Made by a program: the position numbers and the translations under genes. The notes beneath the pieces are model-generated. The model worked only from the letters and a program-made list of their open reading frames with translations, had not been told where the DNA came from and ran no database searches. 64,000 nt of DNA from Planctomycetota bacterium (GTDB lineage: Bacteria > Planctomycetota > UBA8108 > SXIK01), in NCBI GenBank assembly GCA_965223265.1, contig OZ244999.1, forward strand, positions 6,208,001 to 6,272,000, in the 5' to 3' direction. Shown piece by piece: positions 17,704 through 29,956 of the stretch (the first letter of the stretch is position 1; each line of letters opens with the position of its first letter).

Positions 17704-20700
17704 TTGCCACTTTGGCAACGACCCGCGGGAATCCTTTCAGCGGCAACGGCGACGAGAACTTCTGTGGACCCTTCTGCGGCGGCGCCCTCGGGCGCTCAGA
17801 TCCCGGCACGATACACCGTCCTCGGCGACTTGGGTGGAGGCGGCATGGGGCAGGTGTATCGCGTCCGCGACCACTTCACAGGTCAAGTTGTGGCACTCAA
17901 AGTTGTGCGCGAGACCTCCCCGGAGGACGTTCAGCTCTTTCGGCGGGAGATCGTCACGCTCAGCTCCCTCTGGCACGAGTCGATTGTGCGCTTCTTCGAC
18001 GCCGGTGTCTGCGGTGACGATTTCTACTTCACAATGGAGCTCGTCGAGGGTTCGTCTCTTGAGCAGTTCATCAGCCCTGCCGCGGCTGCGGCTGCCGATG
18101 TGAAATGGATCTTGGCGGTCGTCGTTCAGCTCCTGGACGCACTCAGCCATCTCCACGAGAGAGGCTTGCTGCACCGCGACATCAAGCCAAGCAACGTCGT
18201 CGCGTTGACGGCGCCGCCCCAGAGCGCCCTCCAGTCCACAAGCGCGGCGCAAATCAAATTGATCGACTTCGGCCTAGCTGCCCAGCGACGCTCCATCGCC
18301 TCCGGACCAGACGCGAGCGTCGGCACACCAGTCTACATGGCGCCGGAACAACTACGCGGCCACACGACGATCGACGAACGCGCCGACCTCTTCTCCGTCG
18401 GCGCAATGGCCTATCACCTTCTCACGGGGTCTCCCCCGCGAACCTCGCTGCGGGATGCGGTCGCCGGCGAGCCACCGATCGACCGCTATCCGCAAGACTG
18501 CCCGAGGCGAGCCGTCGACCTCATCCGTGAGCTGCTTGCGAACGAGCGACATGAACGCCCAGCGTCCGCCGCAGCTGCGCGTGAACGCCTACTCGCCGCG
18601 CTGGAGCCCGAAGACCGGCGCCGCATCGAAGCGCCGCGTATCCGTTTGCCATCGTTCGTCGGTCGTCAAGGCGAAGTCGCCGCGCTCACCAACGTCGTGC
18701 GGAGCGCTGCCGACGGTCGTAGTGGATTCGTTCGGCTGACAGGAGATCGCGGAAGCGGCAAGTCCTGGGTGCTCCACCACAGCGGTCTCAAGGCGGTCGC
18801 CTTCGGCGACCTCGGGACACTCACCGTCGGCTGTCGATTTCGTGCCGACGACTCCGGGGCAGGCCTGCGTGAGCTCTATTCCCAGCTCCTGGCGCACTTC
18901 GACGAGCATTCCGCCTCTGACGCACTCCGCGACCATCACGGCGCCGAGGCAGTTGACGACTTTGTCTCGACGTTTGGAGTGCAGACGCGGCCAGACGCTA
19001 CGACGACGGCGACGTCGCTGGCCGATGACATCCCCCCACACGTGCGTCGAGAACGGCTGCTCACTCTTGCCATCGAAATCGTCCGCGCGGCAAGCGGGCG
19101 ACAACCCCTACTTCTCGTCGTCGACGATGTGCATCACGCCGGCGAGTTCGCGCTCGAGTTTTTTTCTCGCTTGCGGCATTCGATCGGCACCATGCGCGTC
19201 GCGGTCGTGCTCAGTCATCGCCCACAACCCGAGAGCTCCGCCGTACAGATCGATTCCACGCCGTTCGCGTCGTTTCTTGAGCAACTAGACGATGTCGACG
19301 TCGTGACACTGCCTCCGCTGACTGACGGCGAGGTGAGTCAACTGATCGACTCGATGCTCTTCCCGTCAGTGATCTCCAAAACATGCCGCGACGCGCTGAC
19401 CCAACGCTCCGGGGGGTGGCCTGGTGCAGTCGTCAGCGACATCCAGCTGGTGTGGAGCAGGCGACGACTCCGATTCCAGGACGGTGCGTGGTGCTGGGAC
19501 CGGAAGGAGAGCGCAGGTGCCGACGCGAGTCTCGAGAAAGTCGAGCTCGACGGCCTCACAGACCTCGAGCGCGACGTGCTCCTCGGCGTGAAAGTCCTTG
19601 GCCCCCCGGTGACGAGACTTCATCTGGCAACGTTCGTGACGATCCTCAGAGAGCTCTCGACCTCATCAGGTCGTGACATAGCGACAGCCGAAGTGAACGA
19701 CGATGGGCGCCTCGACACCACGGCAGCACGCCTGAGCGCCGAGCGAATCGAAGCAGTCGGCGGCAGAGTCGCAGCACAACCGGCGGTTCAGAGACTGATC
19801 TCACAAGGCCTCCTTGTCGAGGCAGAAGACGGGATTGACATGTCTCCCACGCTGAGGGACACGAAGCTCGAATCGACTCGCCAGCCGAGACTTCTTGAAG
19901 TCGCAGGTGCGCAGGCACTCATCGCGCTGCATGCAAGCGACCTCGAGGCGAACGCTCTGAGAATCGCCCAACTCCTCCACGCCGGCGGCGAAATCGCTAT
20001 AGCGCACGGCTACTTCGTACTCTCCGCTCGCAGCGCGAGTAGGCTCTACGCCAACAGTCGCGCGCGCCACAGCTATCAGGCAGCCATCGAAACGGCCCCC
20101 GATGTAGGACGCCAACGTGCGGTCTACATCGAGTTCGGCGAGTTTCTGCTGCGTCTTGGCGAATACGACGAAGCGCTTCGAGCATTCCAGGACTCCAGCG
20201 GGGTCGACATCGAGACGTTCGACGCAGGACGCACACTGGCAGCAGACGTCGACCCGGGGATGCTCGAGCGCATCGGCAAGGTACTCCACTTACAAGGTCA
20301 CTACGAAACGGCGCTACGCGTATTCGAAACCTATCTCGAGCTCGCAGGATCCGACTCGATACATCTTGCGAAGGCGCAGCTTCGTTTGGGAGAGATTCAC
20401 TTCGAAAGCGGTGACAGCCAACGCGCGAGCGAATGCTTCGAACACAGCCTCAAGCTCTACGAGTCGCTGGGTGACGCGCCGAACATCGCCAAGGTGCAGA
20501 GCCAACTCGGTCTTGTCGCTAAGCAGCGAGGAGACATCCGCGCAGCAATCGAACGGTTCGAGAGCGCGCTGGAGAACGCAGAGCGAGCCGGTCACGCCGT
20601 CGCGACCGCCACGGCTCTGAACAACCTCGGAAACATCCACCGCGCACAAGGTGACGATGAGCTCGCTTTGGACTTCTTACGGCGCTCAGTTGAATCACGC

Positions 20701-21606
20701 CGCCGGGCTGGTGACCGTGGCGGCGTCGCGATTTCTTTAACCAGTATCGCGCAGGTGCATTTTTATCGAGGCGAATTCAAGAACGCAGTTGAACGCAATG
20801 AAAGCGCGCTTCGTGTCTTTCGTGAAGTTGGCAACCAGAAGGGCGTCCTCGTGGCCGGCTGCAATCTGGCTGAGTCGCAGCGCATGGTCGGCGATTTCAA
20901 ATTGGCACGAGAGCAAACTGAACAAAACCTTCAACTCGCCGACGATCTTAAGATGACGTCGATTCGGCCAGCAGCCCTCACAAGCCTCGCCAACTTGGAG
21001 GTGGACATCGGCAACTATGGCGCTGCGGTCGAGATTCTCGAGCGCTGCCTGAGCGAGCTACCGCCGGGCAAGCTGCCACAGCACCGCCTCGAAGCGCTCA
21101 CCGCGTTGAGCTGGGCGCACTTACGCCTGAGGGATTACTCAAGAGCACGCCAGCTGTTCGACGACTGCGAGTCGGCGCTTCAGTCGAGCAACGCGAATGA
21201 AAAACGTGGCGAACTGACTGCCGTGCGCGTTCGCCTCGAGAACGAAGCCGGTGACGCCGAAAGGGCCGTCAAGGTTGGCCGTCAGTTTCTCGAGCACACG
21301 GAGTTCGGCGTCGAGCGCTTTGGATCGGCGTGTCTACGGCGCGAGCTCGGAAGAGCGTTCCGGAGTGTTGGGCCGGAGTGGGCTGATCAGACCGAGAAGC
21401 ATCTCTTCGCAGCTCGAAAGGAGTTCCAAGACATGTCGAGCCCCCACAACGTCGCTGAAATCGACTTCGAGATCGGCGTCTACTGGGGTCTCTTTGGCGA
21501 GAACGAAGAGGCCGGGGAATTCTTCAGCCGCTCAAAGCAGACTTTTTTGCGTCTCAACGCGCCACTGCGCTCCGCTTTGATCGGCAAATCGAGGAGTCGC
21601 GCATGA
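17704..21606 (+). CDS. Ser/Thr protein kinase + STAND/AAA ATPase + TPR repeats
   Basis: [36 protein letters not shown]; Walker A GDRGSGKS and Walker B LLLVVDD; TPRs (ALNNLGNIH). Start position uncertain. Confidence 0.88.
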   Translation: MPLWQRPAGILSAATATRTSVDPSAAAPSGAQIPARYTVLGDLGGGGMGQVYRVRDHFTGQVVALKVVRETSPEDVQLFRREIVTLSSLWHESIVRFFDAGVCGDDFYFTMELVEGSSLEQFISPAAAAAADVKWILAVVVQLLDALSHLHERGLLHRDIKPSNVVALTAPPQSALQSTSAAQIKLIDFGLAAQRRSIASGPDASVGTPVYMAPEQLRGHTTIDERADLFSVGAMAYHLLTGSPPRTSLRDAVAGEPPIDRYPQDCPRRAVDLIRELLANERHERPASAAAARERLLAALEPEDRRRIEAPRIRLPSFVGRQGEVAALTNVVRSAADGRSGFVRLTGDRGSGKSWVLHHSGLKAVAFGDLGTLTVGCRFRADDSGAGLRELYSQLLAHFDEHSASDALRDHHGAEAVDDFVSTFGVQTRPDATTTATSLADDIPPHVRRERLLTLAIEIVRAASGRQPLLLVVDDVHHAGEFALEFFSRLRHSIGTMRVAVVLSHRPQPESSAVQIDSTPFASFLEQLDDVDVVTLPPLTDGEVSQLIDSMLFPSVISKTCRDALTQRSGGWPGAVVSDIQLVWSRRRLRFQDGAWCWDRKESAGADASLEKVELDGLTDLERDVLLGVKVLGPPVTRLHLATFVTILRELSTSSGRDIATAEVNDDGRLDTTAARLSAERIEAVGGRVAAQPAVQRLISQGLLVEAEDGIDMSPTLRDTKLESTRQPRLLEVAGAQALIALHASDLEANALRIAQLLHAGGEIAIAHGYFVLSARSASRLYANSRARHSYQAAIETAPDVGRQRAVYIEFGEFLLRLGEYDEALRAFQDSSGVDIETFDAGRTLAADVDPGMLERIGKVLHLQGHYETALRVFETYLELAGSDSIHLAKAQLRLGEIHFESGDSQRASECFEHSLKLYESLGDAPNIAKVQSQLGLVAKQRGDIRAAIERFESALENAERAGHAVATATALNNLGNIHRAQGDDELALDFLRRSVESRRRAGDRGGVAISLTSIAQVHFYRGEFKNAVERNESALRVFREVGNQKGVLVAGCNLAESQRMVGDFKLAREQTEQNLQLADDLKMTSIRPAALTSLANLEVDIGNYGAAVEILERCLSELPPGKLPQHRLEALTALSWAHLRLRDYSRARQLFDDCESALQSSNANEKRGELTAVRVRLENEAGDAERAVKVGRQFLEHTEFGVERFGSACLRRELGRAFRSVGPEWADQTEKHLFAARKEFQDMSSPHNVAEIDFEIGVYWGLFGENEEAGEFFSRSKQTFLRLNAPLRSALIGKSRSRA

Positions 21607-23378
21607 GCCAGGTAAGCTACCGAAGAAAAGCGATTCTAAGCCGCGTCCACAGCGCCCTCGACGCGTTCTATCTGCTCCAAGACATCGATTGGGACTATGA
21701 CGTCTATGCAACGCTCGAGAGGATCGTGGCTCTAGCCGTCGAAGAAATCGAGCTCGAAGACGACGCCCAGATCGAACGTGGATTGATTATTCTGCGAAAC
21801 CGCGGTGTTGGCGAGCTGGAAGTTCACGCGGGCTGGAAGACAGAAGAACTGGACCTGCAGTTCAGCCGCACGGTCGTGGAAGAAACGATCGCAACGCAGC
21901 AGCCGATTTTGTGCGAGAACGCCAAAGACGATCCGCGCTTCATGGAAGCTGAGAGCATCAAGGAGCTGGCGACTCTCTCGCTCATCTCTGTGCCGTTGAG
22001 CTTCGAGCAGCAATGTATCGGTGCGTTCTACATCGAGAGTAAGAGCCCGGGCAATCTCTTCAGCCCGTCGGATCTCGAGTTCCTTCAGGATTTCGCCAGA
22101 ACGATCGCCCCCTACTTGAAGACCGCTCTCACGCATCAAGGTCACCTCGGAACGATCCGCAAGCTACGAGAAGAGATTCAAGACTCGTATCGATTTCGCA
22201 ATCTGATCGGAAGAAGCGAATCGATGCACGCGATCTTTGAACTTATGCGCATAGCGGCGGACGTTGACCGAACCGTCCTTTTGACGGGAGAATCGGGCTG
22301 CGGCAAGGAGCTGATTGCTCATGCGATTCACTACAACGGCCGGCGCCGCAACCACCCCTTCGTGGTCGTCGATTGCTCCGGTCTGTCGGAGAACTTGCTC
22401 GAGAGTGAGCTCTTTGGTCACTGCCGCGGCGCTTTCACTGGCGCCTCGACCGACAAGACGGGAGCGTTCGAGGCCGCCAACCAAGGCACGATCTTCCTCG
22501 ACGAGATTAGCGATGCATCGAAGTCGATGCAGCAGAAGCTACGAAGAGTCTTACAGGAAGGCGAGATTCGGCGCGTCGGCGACAATCAAGTACGCGAAGT
22601 CGACGTTCGTGTTATCTGTGCGACCAACAAGAACCTTGACGACCTGGTGCGCGCCGGCGAATTCATTCGCGACCTCTACTTCAGAATCAACAAGTTCCCG
22701 ATCCGCATTCCCCCGCTTCGAGACCGGCGGGAGGATGTCCCTGCACTCGTCGACCACTTCGTCAAGAACGCAGCGGAGCAAGTCGACAAACCCGTGCCGA
22801 GTGTTGCCCCGAGCGCAATGGCGGCCCTGATGAGTCGTGACTGGTCAGAGAACAACGTGCGCGAACTGCGCAACGTCGTCGAGCTCGCAATCGATCTTTC
22901 GTCTAACGACGAAGTTTCCGCAAAGACGATCGAACGCGTCTTCAGCATCCAGGCCGGCACGTACACCCCGCGACGCTCCAGCAGTAAAACGACGCCCACG
23001 ACCCACAATGACCGAAGTGCGCTCGTTCAAATCCACACGGATTCCTTCCGCCGCCTTCTTGAGGAGTCGGAAGCGAACGAAAGTCCACGCGACAAGAAAG
23101 AAACACCTTTCTATCTGCTCCAGCTCGAGTCAGCCGCACGTGCGATCCTGGAGGGCCTTCGATCGTCGAAGTGGAAACTACGTCCGGCCGCACGCCTCCT
23201 CGGCATCAGCCCCACAAAGCTGCGCACTGAGCTGAGGGACTTTCTCGAACGCAGCTTGGCGGAAGACGATGGCGACCTCTCCCGCACCTCACGCCGCCTC
23301 GACATCCCCGAAGAGGTGCTCCAAAAGAAGGCGCGAGATCTTGGGCTCGAGTCGTTGGCTTCAGGAGAACAGAAATGA
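21603..23378 (+). CDS. GAF-domain sigma54-dependent transcriptional activator
   Basis: GAF domain (SRTVV..., SLISVPL); [32 protein letters not shown]; C-terminal HTH. Confidence 0.9.
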   Translation: MSQVSYRRKAILSRVHSALDAFYLLQDIDWDYDVYATLERIVALAVEEIELEDDAQIERGLIILRNRGVGELEVHAGWKTEELDLQFSRTVVEETIATQQPILCENAKDDPRFMEAESIKELATLSLISVPLSFEQQCIGAFYIESKSPGNLFSPSDLEFLQDFARTIAPYLKTALTHQGHLGTIRKLREEIQDSYRFRNLIGRSESMHAIFELMRIAADVDRTVLLTGESGCGKELIAHAIHYNGRRRNHPFVVVDCSGLSENLLESELFGHCRGAFTGASTDKTGAFEAANQGTIFLDEISDASKSMQQKLRRVLQEGEIRRVGDNQVREVDVRVICATNKNLDDLVRAGEFIRDLYFRINKFPIRIPPLRDRREDVPALVDHFVKNAAEQVDKPVPSVAPSAMAALMSRDWSENNVRELRNVVELAIDLSSNDEVSAKTIERVFSIQAGTYTPRRSSSKTTPTTHNDRSALVQIHTDSFRRLLEESEANESPRDKKETPFYLLQLESAARAILEGLRSSKWKLRPAARLLGISPTKLRTELRDFLERSLAEDDGDLSRTSRRLDIPEEVLQKKARDLGLESLASGEQK

Positions 23379-23656
23379 CGATAGGGTCCCTTCGCGTCTC
23401 GATCATGATCTTCGACGCTCAATCGCTCAAAGACAAACGTCGCGTCATGAACTCCGTCAAGTCGCGCCTACTCAACAACTTCAACATCTCCGTTGCGGAA
23501 GTTGGGTCCAACGATAAGTGGCAAATTGGAGAGCTCGGCATCGTCACAGTCGCCAACGATACGGGTTTCGTGCAGCGTGTGATGCAAAAGGTCGAAGATT
23601 TCCTCGAGGAGACTCCTTCCATTCGGGTACTCGACCGCGAGCTCGAGCTCCTCTGA
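23375..23656 (+). CDS. DUF503 (YlxP-like) protein
   Basis: SLKDKRRV...[13 protein letters not shown]. Confidence 0.88.
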   Translation: MTIGSLRVSIMIFDAQSLKDKRRVMNSVKSRLLNNFNISVAEVGSNDKWQIGELGIVTVANDTGFVQRVMQKVEDFLEETPSIRVLDRELELL

Positions 23657-23846
23657 CACTGCTCGGTAGTCAGGTGCCCAACTCGCGCTGTCCATTCGAC
23701 GTTGAGCCGCCAAGGCACCAGGAGCGTCGAGCCCCAAAAGCAGGCGAGCACACGACCTCCCGGGCCGAAAGGCCGACCAGCTCGTCCGATCAGGCCGGCG
23801 CGAGGTGGCCAGACTCAAGGCCAAACCGCGCCGGCGTCGCTCCGAC

Positions 23847-25859
23847 TCAGTCCTCGTCCTTCTCGAGCTCGGACTTCGCCGCGTCGCAGATCTTCTGCTG
23901 CAAGTTCGACGGCACTTCTTCGTAATGTGACAGCTCGATGCCGTAGGAGCCTTGACCTCCCGTCAAGGACCCGAGCGTCGTTGCGTAGTCCGAGACTTCC
24001 GCCAATGGCACCTGCGCTTTCAATGTCTGAAAGCTACCGACCGCGTCCATGCCCACGACGCGTCCGCGGCGCCGATTGAGGTCTCCCTGAATGTCGCCCA
24101 TGTTCTCCACTGGAAAGGTCACCTCAAGGTCGACGATCGGCTCAAGGAGTACCGGCTTGGCGTTCTTAACGGCTAACTTAAACGCCTCACGTCCTGCCTT
24201 CTGAAACGCAATATCTTTGGAGTCGACGGGGTGCTCTTTGCCGTCGAAGACTTCGACGCGAATGTCGACTGCTGGATAGCCGGCGATGACGCCGCGCTCC
24301 ATCGTGGCACGAACGCCCTTCTCGACGGATTGCACGTAACTGGCACTGATCGCGCCGCCGAAGATCGAGTTTTTGAATTCCGTACCAGCACCGCGCTCCA
24401 GCGGCTCGATGCGCAGGTGCACTTCGGCGAATTCGCCAGCGCCGCCGCTCTGTTTCTTGTGACGGTAGCTGCTCTCTGCTTTGGAGCTGATCGTTTCCAG
24501 GTATGGGGTCTTCGGCTCCTTCGTCGACACCTCAACTCCATACCTCGATTTGAGTCGATCCCAGATGATCGAAAGATGAAGCTGGCTAACGCCCGACACA
24601 ACCATCTCGTTAGTGCGGGTATCGCGCACCGAAGAAATCATCGGATCCTCATCGACGACCTTCGTGATGCCTTCAGCAAACTTCTTCTCATCCGCCTTCG
24701 ACTTGGGTTCAACCGCGCGACTATACATCGGTGTTGGCAATTGCGGCGGCTTCACCACTAGCGGCTTGTCAGTCGTCAGCGTGTCAAAGGCTTGCAGCCC
24801 TTCGACTTTGACGAATGCGATGATGTCGCCCGCGACCGCTTCGTCGACAGCGGCTTGATCTTTCCCCTGTAGCCGCACGAACTTCCCCGCCTTATCGTTC
24901 TTGCCAGTGTGCGGATTGAGAAACGACCCATTCGCCGGTAGCGTCCCAGAAAAAATGCGTATGTAGCTCAACTTGCCCACGTACGGGTCGCTCGCGACAC
25001 GAAAGACGAACCCACAGAGAGGATCATCAGAGCCAGTAGCCACTGGCTTCACCGTTTCCGGGTCATCCGGCGAGCTGACTGTTCGGCTGAGAGGCGTCGA
25101 AGCCGGCGGCGCGAAGCTGACGATTCCCTCAAGGAGCTCCTGAACGCCAATATCCTTCTCACCCGCAGCGAAAAAAACGGGGAACACTGAACGCGTGGAG
25201 ACAGCCTCTACCATCTGCGCCTTCAGTTCTTCAGGCGAGATCTCCTCACCACCCAAGTAGCGCTCCATCAGTTCATCGTTCGATTCGATGACGCTCTCCA
25301 TCAGCTCCTCGCCACCCTCGGCGCCAAGCGTTGAAGTGACAGCGCTAAAACCAGGCCCGACCGCATCGGGAACATTCACGGGGTGTGCGGCGGAACTGAG
25401 CTGTTCTCGAATCTCTGCCACAATCTCGTCGCCCTTGGCGTGTTCCCGGTCACACCGGTTGATCACGAAAAAGCACGGTAGCTCCGCCTGCGCCGCAATC
25501 TCCCACACCTTTCGCGTGTTCGGGCGGACGCCATCGTTGGCATCGACACAGATGACCATGCACTCGGCGGCACTCGCGGCTGAGTAGGCGTGTCCGACGA
25601 AGTCGCGATAGCCCGGCGTATCGATAATGTTGACCGTGACACCGTCGTGCTCCAGGTAGGCGGTGGACAAGTCGATCGAATGCTGTCGTTCCTTTTCTTG
25701 CTCATCAAAGTCGCAAACCGTCGATCCATCCGCGATGCTGCCCTTGCGGGAGATCGCACCGGCCTTGAAAAGCAGACCCTCAATCAGGCTGGTCTTGCCA
25801 CATGTTCCGTGGCCACAGACAGCAATGTTTCGTGTGTTCTGCGGTGACCGTGATGCCAT
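23847..25859 (-). CDS. fusA: Elongation factor G-like paralog (EF-G2 type)
   Basis: GHGTCGKT, DTPGYRDF, HKKQSGGAGEFA, DGKEHPVDS, LLEPI, GDLNRRRG. Confidence 0.88.
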   Translation of the reverse strand: MASRSPQNTRNIAVCGHGTCGKTSLIEGLLFKAGAISRKGSIADGSTVCDFDEQEKERQHSIDLSTAYLEHDGVTVNIIDTPGYRDFVGHAYSAASAAECMVICVDANDGVRPNTRKVWEIAAQAELPCFFVINRCDREHAKGDEIVAEIREQLSSAAHPVNVPDAVGPGFSAVTSTLGAEGGEELMESVIESNDELMERYLGGEEISPEELKAQMVEAVSTRSVFPVFFAAGEKDIGVQELLEGIVSFAPPASTPLSRTVSSPDDPETVKPVATGSDDPLCGFVFRVASDPYVGKLSYIRIFSGTLPANGSFLNPHTGKNDKAGKFVRLQGKDQAAVDEAVAGDIIAFVKVEGLQAFDTLTTDKPLVVKPPQLPTPMYSRAVEPKSKADEKKFAEGITKVVDEDPMISSVRDTRTNEMVVSGVSQLHLSIIWDRLKSRYGVEVSTKEPKTPYLETISSKAESSYRHKKQSGGAGEFAEVHLRIEPLERGAGTEFKNSIFGGAISASYVQSVEKGVRATMERGVIAGYPAVDIRVEVFDGKEHPVDSKDIAFQKAGREAFKLAVKNAKPVLLEPIVDLEVTFPVENMGDIQGDLNRRRGRVVGMDAVGSFQTLKAQVPLAEVSDYATTLGSLTGGQGSYGIELSHYEEVPSNLQQKICDAAKSELEKDED

Positions 25860-26381
25860 TCAGATTCCTCCGCAAGGTGACCACTATCAGAGCGGCGCTC
25901 GTAACGGCGAACTTCGCGGGCAGCGACGCTCGTAACGGCGAGTCGCAACAGCTTCGAACGAACACGTTCACCAGGCTGCGGCAAGCTCGCAGAGGGCCAC
26001 GAGAAATGTGCTTACGCAATTCCGCTCACAGAACCCCGGCGCCGGCAACCGTACGCCCCGGGCGTGCCACCTCGGGCCGAGACTGTCTCGCGACCGAATC
26101 CTGTGAGAAATCCGGGCTAAAATGTACAGAATGAGTTTTGCGCGAACAAGGAAAATGAGCCGCAGCGCCTCCGCGCCGATCCAGCCGTTGAAGAAAGGCT
26201 TTGGCGAGATCGACTGCGGCGAATGCAGGCCATCTCCCCGAACCCTGCCGTGGAGATGACGGCGGAGTTCGCCCCGGCCGGCGCGAAATGGTCCGAACTC
26301 GAGGTTCGGCGTGACGGGGCTCGGCGAGCTCTCGCCCAAATGACTCTTTCGGAGGCCGCTAGCCGAGCACAGGGCAGGATT

Positions 26382-27140
26382 CTAAATCCCATCCCCCAGT
26401 CGACTCGCAAGACGGTCATCGAGGTCCGATTCACGGCGAATCTTCGCTTGCGTCACCTCGACGGGATACTCGACGCGATGGAAGCGGAACTCGCCCGCCT
26501 TGAACCCCAAATAGCAGGCGCGCGCGTCCCCATCTCTCGGCTGTCCGACCGATCCGACGTTGATGATCCGTTTGCCTTCGCCAGGGAGGAACGGGCCGTC
26601 GAGATCCTTCTGGGGCTGGAAAGACGGCGTCTCGTCGAAGACCCCCGGCACGTGCGTGTGACCCACGAAGCAAATCGAGTTCACCAGCGCAAACAACTCG
26701 CCGAGCTTGCCCCCGCCCGGCCACTGCGCGTCCATCGGCAGGATGTACTCCGAAATCGGATCCCGTGGCGATCCGTGGACGAGCTGCCAGTCGTTCCACT
26801 CATGGCGCAGCGACAGCCCCTGGAGAAACTTCCAACGCTCGCGACTGCCGGGCCGCAGGAGACTAGGCTTCATCTGCTTTCTCGTCCACTCAATCGCGCT
26901 GCGAGCGACCGGATTGAACCCCCAGGCCTCCTTGGTCAACGCGTCGTCATGATTCCCCATGAGCACCGCCTCGCACCGCGCGCGCACGAGGTCAGTGCAG
27001 CCGACGGGGTCGGGCCCATAGCCGACAACATCGCCGAGGCAGAAGATAGTCTCGTAGCCGGTCTCATCGATGTGAGCTAAGACAGCTGTCAGGGCTTCAA
27101 GATTGCCGTGGATGTCGGAAATGAGCGCGACACTCTTCAT
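26382..27140 (-). CDS. Calcineurin-like metallophosphoesterase
   Basis: ISDIHGN, GDVVGYG, GNHD, HGSP, GHTH, NVGSVGQPRD. Confidence 0.92.
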   Translation of the reverse strand: MKSVALISDIHGNLEALTAVLAHIDETGYETIFCLGDVVGYGPDPVGCTDLVRARCEAVLMGNHDDALTKEAWGFNPVARSAIEWTRKQMKPSLLRPGSRERWKFLQGLSLRHEWNDWQLVHGSPRDPISEYILPMDAQWPGGGKLGELFALVNSICFVGHTHVPGVFDETPSFQPQKDLDGPFLPGEGKRIINVGSVGQPRDGDARACYLGFKAGEFRFHRVEYPVEVTQAKIRRESDLDDRLASRLGDGI

Positions 27141-27189
27141 CGCTGTGGTCGACCAAAATCACCGACGGACGGAGGGGAAGGTGGGAAGG

Positions 27190-27468
27190 TTAGGAAGACC
27201 ATGGAGACCGAGTCGGACTCTCAAGCTCGAGTTCCTCGCGGGTCGCGGCGGCCGCGATGTCTTGCAGGATGTCGTCGACAAGAGGGCGGCAAAGAGTGCA
27301 GCCTGCGCCCGCCAGAATAGCGTCAGCAATCTGCTGCGAATCCGTCAACCCGCTCTTCGCAGCGGCCTGCCGAATCTCTTCCGCGGTGCGGCCGTAGCAG
27401 TGGCAGACAACGGTTTCGTTCGCGCCTCCGGCAGCGGCGGTGGTCTCGTTGCGGCGTTCAGTCGTCAA
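27190..27468 (-). CDS. BFD-like [2Fe-2S] ferredoxin
   Basis: VVCHC...AGAGCTLC. Confidence 0.75.
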   Translation of the reverse strand: MTTERRNETTAAAGGANETVVCHCYGRTAEEIRQAAAKSGLTDSQQIADAILAGAGCTLCRPLVDDILQDIAAAATREELELESPTRSPWSS

Positions 27469-27724
27469 ACTCGTCTCACGCCCTCGGCTGTGTCACGGAC
27501 AATCCGTGGACCCAAATCGGGAGGTTCTCGCGCGCCCCTCCAACTTCATCATACCCGGCGACATTCCAGACGACGGTAAAAGGCGGAGAGATTGTCCTAA
27601 AACGCAGTCACGAAAGCAACAACGACCTTCGAACCCACCATTCGTCGAGGTACGGCGGGTTGGCTTGGCCAACATTCTCGGCGCTTTGTCCCCGCGGCGC
27701 GGAAAAAAACTGGGGACTCTTCGC

Positions 27725-28216
27725 TCAGCGGCCGCCTTCTGCGCGGTCGGATGTGAACTGCAGCAAGGACATGTACTGGCGCTCTCGCGCGCGCATGAGC
27801 CGCCGCGTTGGCGTATCGACGTCGTCGTAGCCGACGATGTGCAGCGTACCGTGAATAGCGTAGAGAGCCGCCTCCTCGGCGACCGCCACCCCACGCCGCC
27901 GAGCCTCGCGCGCGGCAGTCTCGACAGAGACCACCACCTCGCCAACCGGTTCCTGGTGCAGCGCCAGCCGCGACGCGTCGGAAGTCTCCGAGACGGCCAG
28001 CGGGAAAGAGATCACATCCGTCGGCGTGTCGTCGTCGAAAAACTCGGCGTGCAACCGGCTGATCTCAGCGTCACCGACGAAGACAACGCTCAGCGTCCCG
28101 GCGACCTCGTGGTCTCGCAGTATCTTACTCAGGACGCGTCGCAGGGGCGGCCAAGGCGTTTTCACGCGACGCTCGCGGCGCGTCAGAAAGACTCGGGCTG
28201 CTGAGTTCGGTCGCAT
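27725..28216 (-). CDS. ybeY: rRNA maturation endoribonuclease YbeY
   Basis: PTDVISFP, HGTLHIVGYD. Confidence 0.9.
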   Translation of the reverse strand: MRPNSAARVFLTRRERRVKTPWPPLRRVLSKILRDHEVAGTLSVVFVGDAEISRLHAEFFDDDTPTDVISFPLAVSETSDASRLALHQEPVGEVVVSVETAAREARRRGVAVAEEAALYAIHGTLHIVGYDDVDTPTRRLMRARERQYMSLLQFTSDRAEGGR

Positions 28217-28279
28217 ACTCGTTAGAAAAACAGTCCACCAAAGCGCGTCAAACGGCTCGCCTCGGGCGGCGTGCGAGCT

Positions 28280-29932
28280 TCAACGTACAGCGCCGACTTT
28301 GGTCGTCTTGCGCTCGGGGTCGCGAGCCGCCCCATTCGACTCCGCCGCTGGCGCCGAGCTTTTCTCAGCGGTATCCGACTGACCAGAGTCCCCAGAAGAA
28401 ACAGCCTTCGTTTCGACCGGACCGGGATACTTGATCCGCCCGTGGTACATCGTCGTCAAGGTGCGCACGAAGCTATCTTCAATCGCTCGCAGGTCACTGA
28501 GGGTCAAGTCGCTCTCGTCAAGCTGCCCGTCGAGAAGACGCTTGTGAATCTCCTCGTGCACCATGACGCGGAAACGGTAAGGATTCGGATGCGACTCGAC
28601 TTTGGCGCGCGCTTCGACCGAGTCGGCCAACATGAGCAGCGCCGCCTCGCGAAAACGCGGCTTGGGTCCAGGATAGCGGTACTCCACCTCCTCTGGGTCA
28701 TGCCCCTCGTTCGGATCATGGCTGTGACGCGCCTTGAAGTAGAAATACTCCACCACCGTCGTGCCGTGATGCATCGGGATCATGTCGATGATCTTCTGCG
28801 GCAGCTTCGCTTCTTTCGCGAACTGAATCCCTGTCTTGACGTGGGAAATGATGATCATCTTGGAGATAGAAGGCCGCAGGCGCTCATGAATGGACTTGTC
28901 CTCGCCCATGTTCTCGACGAAGTAATGCGGCTTTTCCATCTTGCCAATGTCGTGGTAGTACGCTCCGACGCGCGCCAGGAGAGGGTCGGCACCGATCGCA
29001 TCAGCCGCGCCGCTGGCAAGCAGCGAAACGCCAATAGAGTGCTGGTAGGTGCCGCTAGCGCGCTTCATGAGTGCTTGCAACACCTTGTTCGATGGGTCGG
29101 CAAGATCGAGCAACCGTCGCTCGGTGAGGATGCCTAACACCGATTCGATCCAAGGAAGCAGACTGGTGAGCAGGACGCCCGAAACGACACCACCTGCCAA
29201 GCCTGCGATCGGAGTGCTGAGTACGCGCGCGACTTGCTCGAGATTCTGGGTGCCGTCGAAACGGAGCTCCCCTCGCACGAGCGCAATGCAGACAAGTGCC
29301 AAGGCTTGGACCACACCCGCGATCAAACCAACGATCGCAGGACGTGACTGGCGTCGTACCCGTCGGATGCCGAGCACCGCAGTGACGGAGCCAAGGGCCA
29401 GAGTCAGGCTCAGCTTGGGGTCGACGATCATGACGTTCATGACTTCTGTACCCCGCGCCATCAAGCCGACATAGACCGAAAGGCCGACACTGATCAGCAG
29501 TGCCGCTCCTTGCGTGAACGTCATAGCGAAGATCATGGCGAAGAGCGGCAGCGGCAACAGGTATTCGTAATCATACTCCCACTCCGAAAACGCCAAGAAA
29601 ACCGAGGAGCAGGCGATGAAAATTAGAATCAGTAGGACGAATTGATTGAATGCTACGGGTCGTTTGAAGACACGTGGGTGAACGCGCTCCAAGCAAAGGC
29701 TAAAGAGTGTCGCGGAGACGAGCACGAACAGCGCCAGTCCCAGAGAACGCGCCGAAAAACCGTGTTGGTCACCAGCGACGGCGATCAAGATCAGAAGCGC
29801 AGTGAGAGACAGGCCGACGCCGAGGCGAAAGAGCCGATTCGAGACACGCGTGCCCTCCTCGAGGACGCGGTCCTCGCTGGCAGCTCGATCGGACAGGTAC
29901 TGATCCAGTTTGCGTCGTTTCTTTTTCGCCAT
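28280..29932 (-). CDS. Multi-TM HD/HDIG phosphohydrolase (7TM-HD, PgpH-like)
   Basis: Multiple TM segments; GTYQHS, YYHDIGK, HHGTT, YPGPKP, LADSVEA. Confidence 0.88.
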   Translation of the reverse strand: MAKKKRRKLDQYLSDRAASEDRVLEEGTRVSNRLFRLGVGLSLTALLILIAVAGDQHGFSARSLGLALFVLVSATLFSLCLERVHPRVFKRPVAFNQFVLLILIFIACSSVFLAFSEWEYDYEYLLPLPLFAMIFAMTFTQGAALLISVGLSVYVGLMARGTEVMNVMIVDPKLSLTLALGSVTAVLGIRRVRRQSRPAIVGLIAGVVQALALVCIALVRGELRFDGTQNLEQVARVLSTPIAGLAGGVVSGVLLTSLLPWIESVLGILTERRLLDLADPSNKVLQALMKRASGTYQHSIGVSLLASGAADAIGADPLLARVGAYYHDIGKMEKPHYFVENMGEDKSIHERLRPSISKMIIISHVKTGIQFAKEAKLPQKIIDMIPMHHGTTVVEYFYFKARHSHDPNEGHDPEEVEYRYPGPKPRFREAALLMLADSVEARAKVESHPNPYRFRVMVHEEIHKRLLDGQLDESDLTLSDLRAIEDSFVRTLTTMYHGRIKYPGPVETKAVSSGDSGQSDTAEKSSAPAAESNGAARDPERKTTKVGAVR

Positions 29933-29956
29933 GAATCTGCGGCGAGAGTCGCCACG

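Noticed and set aside
25891-25941. 20-bp direct repeat AGCG(G/A)CGCTCGTAACGGCGA x2 upstream of the EF-G paralog
   Set aside because: Only two copies with an 11-bp spacer. It could be an operator or a local duplication, but nothing else supports a function.
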